Origin: Phycisphaerae bacterium | GTDB lineage: Bacteria > Planctomycetota > Phycisphaerae > Tepidisphaerales > Tepidisphaeraceae | Reading direction: 5' to 3' | Assembly: GCA_014379105.1 (NCBI GenBank) | Contig: JACMML010000038.1 | Span: forward strand, 1 to 59,641 | DNA: 59,641 nucleotides | Shown here: positions 34,544 through 44,342 of the stretch, one piece after another | Numbering within the stretch: position 1 is the first letter of the stretch | Layout: each line of letters begins with the position of its first letter | Made by a program: the position numbers and the translations under genes | The notes under the pieces: model-generated | The model's database searches: none | What the model saw: the letters and a program-made list of their open reading frames with translations, nothing else | Told to the model about the DNA's origin: nothing

Positions 34544-34630
34544 TTTGCAAATGGCAATTGTCAGTATGCACTTTATGGGACGTAGCTGGCTAACGTATTC
34601 AATTGCAAAATTGACAATTGCAAATTGCAA
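34544..34630. repeat. Word-built imperfect palindromic element (word TTGCAAA/CAATTG)
   Basis: TTTGCAAATGGCAATTGTCA (34544-34563) versus TGACAATTGCAAATTGCAA (34612-34630): about 17/20 complementary. It lies downstream of argJ and upstream of the histidine kinase gene. Confidence 0.65.
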
Positions 34631-34635
34631 CTTGA

Positions 34636-35835
34636 TCACGTGTGGTAATCCGCGTTGATCGTCACGTATTCCTTGGAGAAATCGCACGTCCACACCGTCG
34701 CTTCACCGGTTCCGGCGCCGCAGTGCAGGTCGGCGATCACTTCTTTGGATTTGAGCGACGCGCTCACTTTGGCGGCATCAAACACTACCGGCGTACCGCG
34801 GCGATAGACGACGGCGCCCTGGAGCGTGAGCTTCGACTTGTCGGGGCTGAACTTCGCTCCGCACATCCCCGCCGCCGAGACGATGCGGCCCCAGTTGGGG
34901 TCGTTGCCGTGGATTGCGCATTTGACCAGCGCGCTGTCGGCAATCGCGCGAGCGATCTTGCGCGCGTCAGCATCGCTAGTAGCCGCCCGGACGCGGACGG
35001 TGAAGATCTTGGTCGCACCTTCGCCATCGGCGGCGATCTGCCGGGCGAGGGATTGGGTGACCTCATCGAGCGCCTTTAGGAACTTGTCACGGGCCGCACG
35101 ATTGGCGACCTTCGCCCCGGATTCGGCGCTGGCCATCAGCACTGCGGTGTCGTTGGTGCTCATGTGGTTATCGATCGTGACGCAGTTGAAGCTGCGATCC
35201 ACGGTGCGGGCGAGCAGTTCCCGCAGTGTCTTGGAAGGAATGGCCGCGTCGGTGAGGAGGTAGCCGAGCATCGTCGCCTGCGGGACGTTCATGCGCGGGC
35301 CGATCATGCCGGCGCCTTTGCAAATTCCAGTGATGGTGACTTTTTTCCCCCCGATGCGCAGTGTCGCGGCGGCGAATTTTCGCACCGTATCGGTCGTGAG
35401 GATGCAATCGGTAAATGCCAGCGCGTGCTCTTGCGAATCCCCCATATCGGCGGCCGCGGCGCGGATTCCCGCAAAGACATTATCCATCGGAAGCAGGTGC
35501 CCAATGATGCCGGTCGAAGACGGCAAAAACAGGTCCGCATCGCTCTGGGTGAGCTGCGCCGCAAGTGTGCACATCCGGTTGGCATCGCGAAGGCCTTGCT
35601 TGCCGGTGCAGGCGTTGGCGTTGCCGGAATTGAGCACGACGCCCTTCAAAACACCGCCGCGAATGTGCTTTCGTCCGACCTTGATCGGGGCGGCGAACAC
35701 CTTGTTGGTTGTAAATGCTGCCGCCGCGGTGGCGTAGGTTTCGGCAATCAGAAGGCCGACGTCCTTCTTGCCCGAAACCTTGATCCCCGCCGACACTCCG
35801 CCGGCGAGAAATCCTTTAGCTGATAGCAGATGCAT
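34636..35835 (-). CDS. argJ: Bifunctional glutamate N-acetyltransferase / amino-acid acetyltransferase (ornithine acetyltransferase)
   Basis: Start moved to ATG 35835. KGFLAGGVSAGIK, NSGNANACTG and the autoproteolysis site PQATMLGYLLTDA are hallmark ArgJ motifs. Confidence 0.93.
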   Translation of the reverse strand: MHLLSAKGFLAGGVSAGIKVSGKKDVGLLIAETYATAAAAFTTNKVFAAPIKVGRKHIRGGVLKGVVLNSGNANACTGKQGLRDANRMCTLAAQLTQSDADLFLPSSTGIIGHLLPMDNVFAGIRAAAADMGDSQEHALAFTDCILTTDTVRKFAAATLRIGGKKVTITGICKGAGMIGPRMNVPQATMLGYLLTDAAIPSKTLRELLARTVDRSFNCVTIDNHMSTNDTAVLMASAESGAKVANRAARDKFLKALDEVTQSLARQIAADGEGATKIFTVRVRAATSDADARKIARAIADSALVKCAIHGNDPNWGRIVSAAGMCGAKFSPDKSKLTLQGAVVYRRGTPVVFDAAKVSASLKSKEVIADLHCGAGTGEATVWTCDFSKEYVTINADYHT

Positions 35836-36043
35836 GTCACCTTCCAATTCGAGCGGCAGAAGCGTATCCGGCGGTGGAGGAAACGCCAGCACGGTATCAG
35901 AAACACGGGTTCTACGGATTGCCGGACACATCCCCGGATTTTTCGTTGGAACCTCGGGAAAATGAGCGGTATTCTAAACCTGCATACCGGCCCGGTGCTA
36001 TGATCGGTTCAGGGGTGCGGATTTCATCCAGAGGAGAGGTGTT

Positions 36044-37756
36044 GTGCTCGTTTATCGGACCCTGGCCGCGTCTCTAGCTATCGCCGTCGCTGCGCGGCTG
36101 TCTATCGCGACCGATTATTACGTTTCGCCCACGGGCAACGACGCCGCTGCGGGCAATTCGTCGGGCACGGCCTGGGCGAGTCTGAGCAAGGTCAATTCGT
36201 CAACCTTCAACCCTGGCGACCGCATCCTGCTACAGCGCGGCGGGGAATGGCGCGAATCGCTGGTAGTCCCCTCGTCCGGAACGGCCGCTGCGCCGCTTGT
36301 CATCGATGCATATGGCTCGGGTGCGAAGCCCAAGCTGTGGGGAAGCGATCCGATTCCCGCTGCCTCTTTCCAGCCGTACTCAGGCAACGCCTACGTCGCT
36401 AACTATGGCCAAACCGTCAATGCCGTACTGTCGAACCAGGTATTCTACAACCACGCCATCAAGCTGAGTGGATTGAGCCAGAACAATCCGGCCAACATTA
36501 CTTACGTCCGCGACCATCCCGGCACCTGGTATCAGGCGGACGACGGCAAAGTCTACATCAACGCGCACGGCACCGATCCCCGGAACGGCACGGTCAATTT
36601 CACTGCTGCTGTTCGCGATGACGTCGTAAATGTCACGGATAAACACAACGTCGTTATCCGCAATGTGGTCGTGGATGAATCCGCCAAGGACAACGCCGGC
36701 TATGCGTTCCGGGTGATGCAAAGCTCGAACATCCGGATCGAGGACAGCGAAGCGTACCGCGCGGGCAAGCATCATTTTGGTACGATCAACTCGACGGGTT
36801 TTGTCGGCAAGGGGCTTTACAGCGCCTTCGTGCTGCCCAACCAGATCAGTTCCTCCGCGTACGTCTCCTACAGCGACGCGAGCAGGACTGACGACACCTC
36901 AGACTGGGACACCATCACAGCGGAGAACATGCCCGGGGCCGGGGCGTTTTACGCGCACGGGGACGGAAACGGGATTGGCAGAGTCAGCGTTAAGAACGTC
37001 ATTGCGCGTGGCACGCACGTGGACGCCAACCTTCGTCCGGGAACGCTCAGCCTGCAGAATATCACGCTCGAACAGGGTGCATCGCTCAACGTGGGCACGG
37101 ACTATACAATCGTCGATGGCGTGCAGGTGAAAGGCTACAACTCCTATATTTTTGTGACTGCGAGCAGTTCAATTCTTCAGAATATTGTTGCAAACAAGTA
37201 CGTCAATCAGACGCGCTACTACTCAGTGATCGATGACCACGGCCGGAATAATATCGTCCGGTTCAGCACGTTTGATATTGAGGATGGCGCGGCCTTGTCA
37301 TCGGTGGGCGGCAACGCGAACACGCAGTTTTATGGGAATATCGTGCGGAGCAAATCCGGCTTAGCGCTTCGCTGGCTTGGCAAAGACAACGGCTTGCGGG
37401 CGCACGATAATCTCTATTGGGGGCCGGGCCGCAACCGAATTTTGATCGATTTGGGCTATTTTGTGAACTATACCCCCGAGGAGTGGGCCGCGCTGGGTCT
37501 CGAGAGCAACTCCCACTTTGCCGATCCGCTCTTTCGCGATGCAGCAAATGGCGACTACACGCTTCTGCCCGGATCGCCGGCGCTGGGTTGGATCGGTATG
37601 AACGGCGGACTCAGCTCGATGCCGCTCTACGACGCGATGGGCAATCGGCGAACTAACGGCTACTACACGCTGGGTGCATTCGCCGGCACTGTTCCCGAGC
37701 CGAGCCTCTTGCTCCCGCTCGCGGCCGGTATCGGGCTGCTTCGTCGACGTCGATAA
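36044..37756 (+). CDS. Secreted right-handed beta-helix (pectate-lyase-fold) protein with PEP-CTERM sorting signal
   Basis: GTG start preceded by GGAGAGG, and a signal peptide. YYVSPTGNDAAAGNSSGTAWASL is a typical beta-helix N-cap. The C-terminus VPEPSLLLPLAAGIGLLRRRR has the PEP motif, a TM helix and an Arg cluster. Confidence 0.85.
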   Translation: MLVYRTLAASLAIAVAARLSIATDYYVSPTGNDAAAGNSSGTAWASLSKVNSSTFNPGDRILLQRGGEWRESLVVPSSGTAAAPLVIDAYGSGAKPKLWGSDPIPAASFQPYSGNAYVANYGQTVNAVLSNQVFYNHAIKLSGLSQNNPANITYVRDHPGTWYQADDGKVYINAHGTDPRNGTVNFTAAVRDDVVNVTDKHNVVIRNVVVDESAKDNAGYAFRVMQSSNIRIEDSEAYRAGKHHFGTINSTGFVGKGLYSAFVLPNQISSSAYVSYSDASRTDDTSDWDTITAENMPGAGAFYAHGDGNGIGRVSVKNVIARGTHVDANLRPGTLSLQNITLEQGASLNVGTDYTIVDGVQVKGYNSYIFVTASSSILQNIVANKYVNQTRYYSVIDDHGRNNIVRFSTFDIEDGAALSSVGGNANTQFYGNIVRSKSGLALRWLGKDNGLRAHDNLYWGPGRNRILIDLGYFVNYTPEEWAALGLESNSHFADPLFRDAANGDYTLLPGSPALGWIGMNGGLSSMPLYDAMGNRRTNGYYTLGAFAGTVPEPSLLLPLAAGIGLLRRRR

Positions 37757-37818
37757 CGCGGTCTGCGCAGCTTGGTGAAGCGCACGATCGCGCGTACAAC
37801 ACTAGTACGCACGTCCCC

Positions 37819-39072
37819 ATGATCAAGCTCTTCCGCAGCCCGCTCTCTCCTCTCATCATCGCGATCCTGTGCGCGGCGGTCTGGTCCACCGCGACCTTCG
37901 TCGCTCCGAATCGCGGAACGCCGTGGGCGGATGAAGTGCAGTACCACGTCCCCACGATCCGCGAGTTCGCGAATCAGTTCCCGCGATTCGATCTGGTCCA
38001 TTACAACGCCGCCACGACGCCCGGCTACCACCTGGCGCTGGCGTTAGTTCTTAAGCTGACTGGCTCCGATGCCGCGCTGCGGATCGCCAATGCGTGCTTC
38101 GCCGCCGGTTGCCTGCTGGCGGTGATGCTGGCTTGTCGTTCGCGGGTGAAATGGGGATGGGTGTTTGCGCTGGCGCTATTGGCTTCTCCATATTTTCACT
38201 ATTCCGCGCTATGGATTCGGCCGGACAATGCGAGTTGGATGCTGGTGTTTATTCTGCTCGCGCTTGCCAGCCAGCCCCGTTTTACCGTTCGAAAAATGCT
38301 TCTCGCTGCGTTAGTGCTCGTGCTGCTGGTCCTGTTCCGGCACGTGCATCTCTGGGCCGCCGCCGTGCTTTGGGCGGCCGCTTATCTGGATGAGGATGGC
38401 GCTCTGCTTCCGAGCCGACCGAAGCTCCGGCGTCTCGGGATGATGATGACGCTGACACTCCCGGCGTTCGCGATGGTCGCGTACTTCGTCCGCATCTGGC
38501 ACGGCCTGGTGCCACCGGGTTTCCAAACCGTCTCCGGCGCGCTCCCGCCCGGCCATTCCACGTGGCAGCACGAAGGGCCGAATTGGTCGGTGCCGATGTT
38601 CATCATGGCGCTGTTCGGATTAATCGGATCGCTCTTTCTGCCGATGATCGCCCGCCGACTGCGCCCTGTGAAAATGGCGATGCGCCCGATCGCGTGCGGG
38701 ATCGCAATCGCGCTGCCGATCGCGCTTCTGGTTCCCAGCAACTGGGACGAATCACACGGCCGGCGCTCGGGGCTTTGGAACATCGCCCAGCAGCTTCCGG
38801 CGCCGATGGACCGTTCGGTTCTCCTCGTGCCGCTCTCTCTGCTTGGCGGCGCTGTGCTGGCATGGATGCTCGCGAGCCTGCCGCGCCGGGCCCGAGTTAT
38901 TGCGATTGTGACACTGCTGGCGTTCGTCGCCGCCCAGACAGCGAACGCGATGGCGTGGCAAAAGTATTACGAGCCGTTTGTAGTTGGATGGCTGGGATTA
39001 ATTTGCGCCCAACTGTCTCGCGAAAACGATCCCCTCACTCCACAATCGGCCGCCGATCCGCAACCGCATTGA
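37819..39072 (+). CDS. Polytopic membrane protein, GT-C-like (ArnT/PMT-type) glycosyltransferase candidate
   Basis: 417 aa with more than 10 hydrophobic segments. The first loop carries an acidic motif (PWADEVQYH) as in GT-C enzymes. The family is not verified. Confidence 0.7.
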   Translation: MIKLFRSPLSPLIIAILCAAVWSTATFVAPNRGTPWADEVQYHVPTIREFANQFPRFDLVHYNAATTPGYHLALALVLKLTGSDAALRIANACFAAGCLLAVMLACRSRVKWGWVFALALLASPYFHYSALWIRPDNASWMLVFILLALASQPRFTVRKMLLAALVLVLLVLFRHVHLWAAAVLWAAAYLDEDGALLPSRPKLRRLGMMMTLTLPAFAMVAYFVRIWHGLVPPGFQTVSGALPPGHSTWQHEGPNWSVPMFIMALFGLIGSLFLPMIARRLRPVKMAMRPIACGIAIALPIALLVPSNWDESHGRRSGLWNIAQQLPAPMDRSVLLVPLSLLGGAVLAWMLASLPRRARVIAIVTLLAFVAAQTANAMAWQKYYEPFVVGWLGLICAQLSRENDPLTPQSAADPQPH

Positions 39073-40300
39073 ACCACCCCGCGACCGTTTCCACCTGTCG
39101 CGACCAGCGGAAGTCTTCGCAATAGGTTTTATACTGCTCGGTGTCCGGCGCAATACTCGCGCCGTTGGCTTGAATCAGCGCTGCCGCAAGCGCTTGATCT
39201 GACGCGTCGTCCAGCCTCTTCACCTGCGGCCAATGACGCGCGAATCGGCGGTTGGACCAAGTCGGGTTTACCTCCACAACCGGCTTTCTCGTCGCGATAT
39301 ACTCGATGAGCTTTGTGCTGATGATCATCCCTGAGCGGCGCTGATCGCTGAGATAGTTGACCAGCACATCCGCGCCCAGAATCTCGGCCACGGCGCGGTC
39401 ATATCGAACATATCCAGTAGCGATAACCCGATCGCCGAGTAATTCACGCATCTGTGGCAATGTCTCGGGCAAACGGCCGACGAACCGCAGCTCCATGTCA
39501 TGTCCGCCTCGCACCATCCGCGCCACCGCCTGCGCGATTTTCAGCGCGTCACCGTCGAGGCACGTTCCGACGACGCGAACACTCCGCCGCCCACCGCTGG
39601 CTAATTCCGGCGCAATTGAGCCGTCGATCAGCGCGTCGGAGAATCCGTTGATCATCGTGACGCACTTGTGCTTCGCAAACGGATATTGCCGACGAGCCCA
39701 TCGCTGGTGGACAGGGAGTTGGTGAATCACCAACGCCGCCTGCTGATAAACGTCCTTTTCGTACTTCCGATATGCCGGCCACTGCCATGTGTGCAGTCCG
39801 CGCGGACGATATCGCGGATCGGCGATAAACGCCTCGCGGAAATCAGCGACCCAGGGGATGCCGGTCTTGCGGGCTAGCCGCATGCCGGCACGGTGGATCC
39901 CGTATGGCGGCGCGGTGGTGAGAATCACTTCGGGCTTGAATTCATCGACAAGTGCAAGCAACTTGTGATCGATCGATGTCCAGAACCGAGCGGACGCGTC
40001 TGGCGAATAGACGAGCGAAGCCAGCGCAGTCTGTATCTGCCGCAGCGGACTCCAAGTGCGCTCCTGTGCGCGAACCCGGTCAACGGTCGGGGCGGCGGTC
40101 AGGTGGCGGACCTCAACGCCGGGATGGACCTTATCGTCGAGGACTTCGCGCGTCGCGTCATACCCGTAATGCCGACACGCGACGATCGGCTGCCAGCCCT
40201 TATCCGGCAGGTGCCGACACCACTGTGTCATCCGAATGGCGGCTACCTGCGGGTCCGGGAAAAATGTCGTCGAGACGATAAGTACCCGGCGGCTTGTCAT
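39035..40300 (-). CDS. Glycosyltransferase, GT-B fold (GT4-like)
   Basis: 421 aa. The N-terminus VLIVSTTFFPDPQVAAIRM is typical of GT4 N-domains, and the C-terminal half is Rossmann-like. It overlaps the convergent gene by 38 nt. Confidence 0.8.
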   Translation of the reverse strand: MTSRRVLIVSTTFFPDPQVAAIRMTQWCRHLPDKGWQPIVACRHYGYDATREVLDDKVHPGVEVRHLTAAPTVDRVRAQERTWSPLRQIQTALASLVYSPDASARFWTSIDHKLLALVDEFKPEVILTTAPPYGIHRAGMRLARKTGIPWVADFREAFIADPRYRPRGLHTWQWPAYRKYEKDVYQQAALVIHQLPVHQRWARRQYPFAKHKCVTMINGFSDALIDGSIAPELASGGRRSVRVVGTCLDGDALKIAQAVARMVRGGHDMELRFVGRLPETLPQMRELLGDRVIATGYVRYDRAVAEILGADVLVNYLSDQRRSGMIISTKLIEYIATRKPVVEVNPTWSNRRFARHWPQVKRLDDASDQALAAALIQANGASIAPDTEQYKTYCEDFRWSRQVETVAGWFNAVADRRPIVE

Positions 40301-40532
40301 TGCACCGATGCTCCAAAACCATCTGCGGCCCGAATATACTCCACTTCAAACTCAATCTCCGGTGAGGAACTCGGTGAGGAACTTCGTCAGGCTTCGGAGC
40401 AAGTTATTGACAATGGATCATATCTCGTTCGTCGCCAAATGCGACCCTTTACAACACAATCGAATTGAACTGTGCCGTGCTGAGATCAAGCTGCCCCGAT
40501 ATCGCCCTCAAGTCATGGAAACTCGCGGCGAT

Positions 40533-41525
40533 TTACTCCTGTGCGGACATCCTGCCAATCAGCGCGTTGGTTTCCTCTGAGAGGTACTGAGGTTTGAATG
40601 ACGCGTCGAAGCGCGGCCGTCGAAGGTCCAACAGAGAGACGCCGGTTGCATACAAAAGCCGTGTGGCGACACGCTGCCGAACCGGGCGGACGTGGTTGTA
40701 CCTGGGACTCTCCGTAAGCGGCGTGCCCGGCGTCCAGTGCAGCAGCGGGCCCGAATCGACCAGGCTGGAATCAGCGATCCCGACCTTTCTGCTCTGCGCT
40801 TCGCTACCGCCAACATCATCGACGACATCCTGCCGCCAGTCGTCCAGCTTCCAGTGCCCGCCGGCGGCGGCCTTGAGCTTCATCATCTCGGCGCGCAGGC
40901 GGTATCGGCGCGCCATCTGCAGCGGGTCGCGGTGGGGATAGTGGAGGATCGGTATTCGCTCGCGCGCGACATACCCGGCATTGAACGGGAAGCTGATCGT
41001 CTCCGGCCACTGCATGGTCCGGCGGTAGCGGAACATCCGCGGCTCGGCGTAATCGCTGATCTTGTAGTAGCGCCGCCGCTCGATGATGGATCGTTGCCGA
41101 TCGGCCATCACATCCACGCGCCCGCTTTCATAGTCGGCGACTTCCTGATGAGTGAGCCGGAAAAAATACCACTGCAGATGCACCGCCGACTCGTGCTTCG
41201 TCATTCGCTCCTGAACAAACTGAGGCGGCGGCACGTGATAAAATTCGTCTGCATCCAGTCGCAGCACCCAGTCGCCGTGCCGCAGCCTGTTACGGAGATG
41301 GTGGAACATGTAGCTGCGCAGGTTGTCGCTGTAGACGATCGGCGCGTGCTCGAACGGAATGATGCGCTTCTCGCGCCGGGCATAGTCTTGGACGATCTCC
41401 CACGTGCGATCGGTGCTGCCCAGGTCGAGGATGTACAGCCCGTCAACCCACGTCAGCAGGTGATCCAGATTTTGCTGAATCACGTCTTCTTCATCGCGCA
41501 GGAGCATAAAGCCGTGAAAAGCCAT
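40533..41525 (-). CDS. Glycosyltransferase family 2-like (GT-A fold)
   Basis: 330 aa. LLRDEEDVI...LDLGSTDRTWEIV and the DxD-type motif LRLDADEFY. Confidence 0.8.
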   Translation of the reverse strand: MAFHGFMLLRDEEDVIQQNLDHLLTWVDGLYILDLGSTDRTWEIVQDYARREKRIIPFEHAPIVYSDNLRSYMFHHLRNRLRHGDWVLRLDADEFYHVPPPQFVQERMTKHESAVHLQWYFFRLTHQEVADYESGRVDVMADRQRSIIERRRYYKISDYAEPRMFRYRRTMQWPETISFPFNAGYVARERIPILHYPHRDPLQMARRYRLRAEMMKLKAAAGGHWKLDDWRQDVVDDVGGSEAQSRKVGIADSSLVDSGPLLHWTPGTPLTESPRYNHVRPVRQRVATRLLYATGVSLLDLRRPRFDASFKPQYLSEETNALIGRMSAQE

Positions 41526-41545
41526 TTATCGCTTTCAATAGAAGA

Positions 41546-42346
41546 TCAGCGATACTTTGCCGGCAGGAGCATCGATGACGAGCGGGCTCCACCCAATATT
41601 CGCTTCATCCGAAATCGAACGCTCCGTCCGACTTGCGCAGGAAGGGTTCGCGCCAGAAGTCCAAGCGTAAGGTTTTTGGGGTCGCTCCGCGCACGCCAAA
41701 TGGACGGGTGAACGCGCGCCAGCCGGCCATCGGTTGTTTTGTTTCGTTCGGACTTTAGAAAGTCGTTCTGCTCCACGACGGAAGCCTCGACGAACAGAAA
41801 AAGATTCTGGGCATAGAAATATTCAACTGCCGGATCGTTCCAGATTTGTGGCCGAATACAGTCAATCGCGACATACCCGCATTCTGCAAAAAGGTCCGCC
41901 CAATATTCCGGCCACTGCTCGTTGATATGGAAGGTTCCCCCTTGGTCGGGAACGGCGGCGGAAAACATCACAACCGGGGCGTGTTTTACCAAAGATCGCA
42001 CGAAACCCGCCGCCGACGCCGCTGGTAGATGCTCCGCGACCTCGCAGCTGCAGACCAGGTCGAATCGCCGTCCCAGATCGAACGGCTTGGATAGGTCCTT
42101 GGACTCGAACCGCTCCGGAGGGATCGCCAGTTTGCTGCGATCGACGTAGTCACCGTCGATACCTCGAAAATCCAATACCTTGTGCTCCGAAAACGCGGCG
42201 AGCCATGTTCCAATGCCACATCCCACGTCAAGAACGCTCTTCGGCTGGATGATCCGGCTTACCAGCGGAACAACCGTGCGCGCCGAACTGAGGGAACCTA
42301 AAGACTGACTGTTGTAAAAATCAGAAGAATACGGGGTGTCCGACAT
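41546..42346 (-). CDS. Class I SAM-dependent methyltransferase
   Basis: Start moved to ATG 42346. Motif I VLDVGCGIGTW and post-I/II blocks FDLVCSCEVAEHL. Confidence 0.85.
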   Translation of the reverse strand: MSDTPYSSDFYNSQSLGSLSSARTVVPLVSRIIQPKSVLDVGCGIGTWLAAFSEHKVLDFRGIDGDYVDRSKLAIPPERFESKDLSKPFDLGRRFDLVCSCEVAEHLPAASAAGFVRSLVKHAPVVMFSAAVPDQGGTFHINEQWPEYWADLFAECGYVAIDCIRPQIWNDPAVEYFYAQNLFLFVEASVVEQNDFLKSERNKTTDGRLARVHPSIWRARSDPKNLTLGLLARTLPAQVGRSVRFRMKRILGGARSSSMLLPAKYR

Positions 42347-42366
42347 GATACGTCTCCTGATCCGTG

Positions 42367-43512
42367 TTAATTGGAAGCGCCCGCGACGCATTTGCGAAAC
42401 ATGGCCGTATAATCAGACTGTAACGACTTCCACGCAAAACGCGTACGCACGGATTCACGCCGCTCGATGGCCGCCGCGGGATCAAAAGGCTTGCTCAACT
42501 CCGTCGCCAACGCCAGAGAGCACGCTCCCGGCGCGGCCATGTCCACGTGAATCCCCAGCCCCCCAAGCACATATCGCATTATCGGGTGATCGTGAACCAC
42601 GCAAGGCAAACCCGCGATCATGGCTTCAATGTAAACACGTCCGAACCCCTCGGATAATGAGGCCAGAGTAAAAACATCCGCGGCTTTATAGTACTCGCCA
42701 ACATGGCCGTACGGCACGCTTGTAAGTTGGTAGTTGTCGTGCCCCAGCACCTCATCGGCGAGCTTTGTAAATTCGATGCGGCCTTCTTCCACAGGCCCGA
42801 GCAATAACAGGAATGGTCGTGGCGTTGCCATTCGTCCCACTTCCCGAATCAGATGCGGCATCCGCTTATGCGTTTTCATTCCGATTGCCCCGACGCTGAG
42901 AATGATCTTCCGATCGGCCGGCAGGCCTAGCTTTCGTCTCACATCGGCTCGCAGCTGCGGATCGATCAACGGTGGGCCTTGGGGAACAATGATGCCGTAG
43001 GGAACCAGTGTATTGCGATTCACCGACTCGCCGACCGCCAGAGCTTGCTCGTAATAAAATGGCGTAACCTGGTGGACGTGGTCCGTCATCAGGATCGGAG
43101 ATGCGAGCGGCGCGCCGTTCGAAAATAGTAACTTGTAGGAGTCACCAATCCAGTTCCGGTACTTATACAAGTTCATACCGACACTTGCATCGCTGTAGAA
43201 AATGATCGCGGGCCGATGTTTGCGGATTTCTTTGATAAGCCCCGGCAGAAACGTCAGCTGCTCCACGACGTACCCGCTCCGCCGAATGGCCTTGCCCAGC
43301 AACCGGCCAAGACGGCTTTCCTTGGGAACACATCGAATTCGCTTTTCTCGGTCGCCGTCACGGCCACCGCCTTTATAGAGCGTGATGTCCAATCCGGGAG
43401 CATCCTTTAAACCTTCAAACGCTTCACGAAAAAAGCTCTCTATCCCGCGCCGACTGAGGTCGACGCCGGTACAGACGAAAAAAATCTTAATAGGATGGCC
43501 TTCTTCGCTCAT
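42367..43512 (-). CDS. Glycosyltransferase family 4 (GT-B)
   Basis: 381 aa. The C-terminal EGFGRVYIEAMIAGLPCVVHD block (E-x7-E type) is typical of GT4/GT1 retaining transferases. Confidence 0.88.
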   Translation of the reverse strand: MSEEGHPIKIFFVCTGVDLSRRGIESFFREAFEGLKDAPGLDITLYKGGGRDGDREKRIRCVPKESRLGRLLGKAIRRSGYVVEQLTFLPGLIKEIRKHRPAIIFYSDASVGMNLYKYRNWIGDSYKLLFSNGAPLASPILMTDHVHQVTPFYYEQALAVGESVNRNTLVPYGIIVPQGPPLIDPQLRADVRRKLGLPADRKIILSVGAIGMKTHKRMPHLIREVGRMATPRPFLLLLGPVEEGRIEFTKLADEVLGHDNYQLTSVPYGHVGEYYKAADVFTLASLSEGFGRVYIEAMIAGLPCVVHDHPIMRYVLGGLGIHVDMAAPGACSLALATELSKPFDPAAAIERRESVRTRFAWKSLQSDYTAMFRKCVAGASN

Positions 43513-43571
43513 ACTGAACCGCTAATTCGTGCAGTGAACCATAAATTAGTTGACCGATTGAAGATCCCCGG

Positions 43572-44342
43572 TCACTTCCGGGGGGTCATCCACAGCCACC
43601 ACATTTGAACCGGCCGCCATTCGTTGACAGCGTGAGTGATGCGAGCGTTGCCAAGCGCCCGTGTGTACAGCGTTGTTTTAGGAAACTCCGACGCGTTGCG
43701 CGGAATGGCCATGATTTGCGTTATGTCATGCGTGGGGGCGAATCGCTCCTTGAGTTCCTCGGTCAGTCCCGCAACTAAGAAATCATGGCACTCCACCAGA
43801 ATTGTCGCCTTGGCAAGGTCAGGAGACCGAAGCGGGTCAAGGAGTATATGTTCATATCCTTCGCAGTCGACAATCAACAGCGCCCGGTCCGTTTCCGCGA
43901 GAATGGTCTTCACCTCGGCGCGCGTGCAGTATCCCCGTATGTCGATGCGATCGCTCACGCCATTGATCTTGGCCATTTGTGCGTTGAGTTTGCGGGCTTC
44001 TTGTTCGCCTTCAAAAGCGATGATTTTCGAGTCCGCGCAACGTATCGCCATTCCGCATGCGTAATATCCTTCGGCCGCACCGATATCCAGAATCACGGGG
44101 AACTTCTTCGCGATTGCGCTTTCGATAAAAGGATAAACCTCGCGTTCATAAATGCCCAAGAGCTTCGGCATATAGGCCGAATAGAACGATTCCCCGATAT
44201 ACTTCATCCCCTTAAACGGACCGGCCGCCACTTTCCCGCCGACGTGATCCCAGACGAGCTTGTGCATGTAGCCGACCGGACGCAGGTGCGCGGGGATCAC
44301 TCGGCGAATCAGGTTACCTAGCATGCGGGGTTTCCACGTCAT
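43572..44342 (-). CDS. FkbM family methyltransferase
   Basis: 256 aa. VILDIGAAEGYYACGMA (SAM motif I in FkbM style) and LIVDCEGYEH. The exact start is uncertain (44342 or 44324). Confidence 0.8.
   Translation of the reverse strand: MTWKPRMLGNLIRRVIPAHLRPVGYMHKLVWDHVGGKVAAGPFKGMKYIGESFYSAYMPKLLGIYEREVYPFIESAIAKKFPVILDIGAAEGYYACGMAIRCADSKIIAFEGEQEARKLNAQMAKINGVSDRIDIRGYCTRAEVKTILAETDRALLIVDCEGYEHILLDPLRSPDLAKATILVECHDFLVAGLTEELKERFAPTHDITQIMAIPRNASEFPKTTLYTRALGNARITHAVNEWRPVQMWWLWMTPRK

Noticed and set aside
40355-40385. Short tandem duplication CGGTGAGGAACT x2 in the 232-nt gap upstream of the GT-B gene.
   Set aside because: There are only two copies and no palindromic structure or positional argument. 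It is probably a chance or minor duplication.
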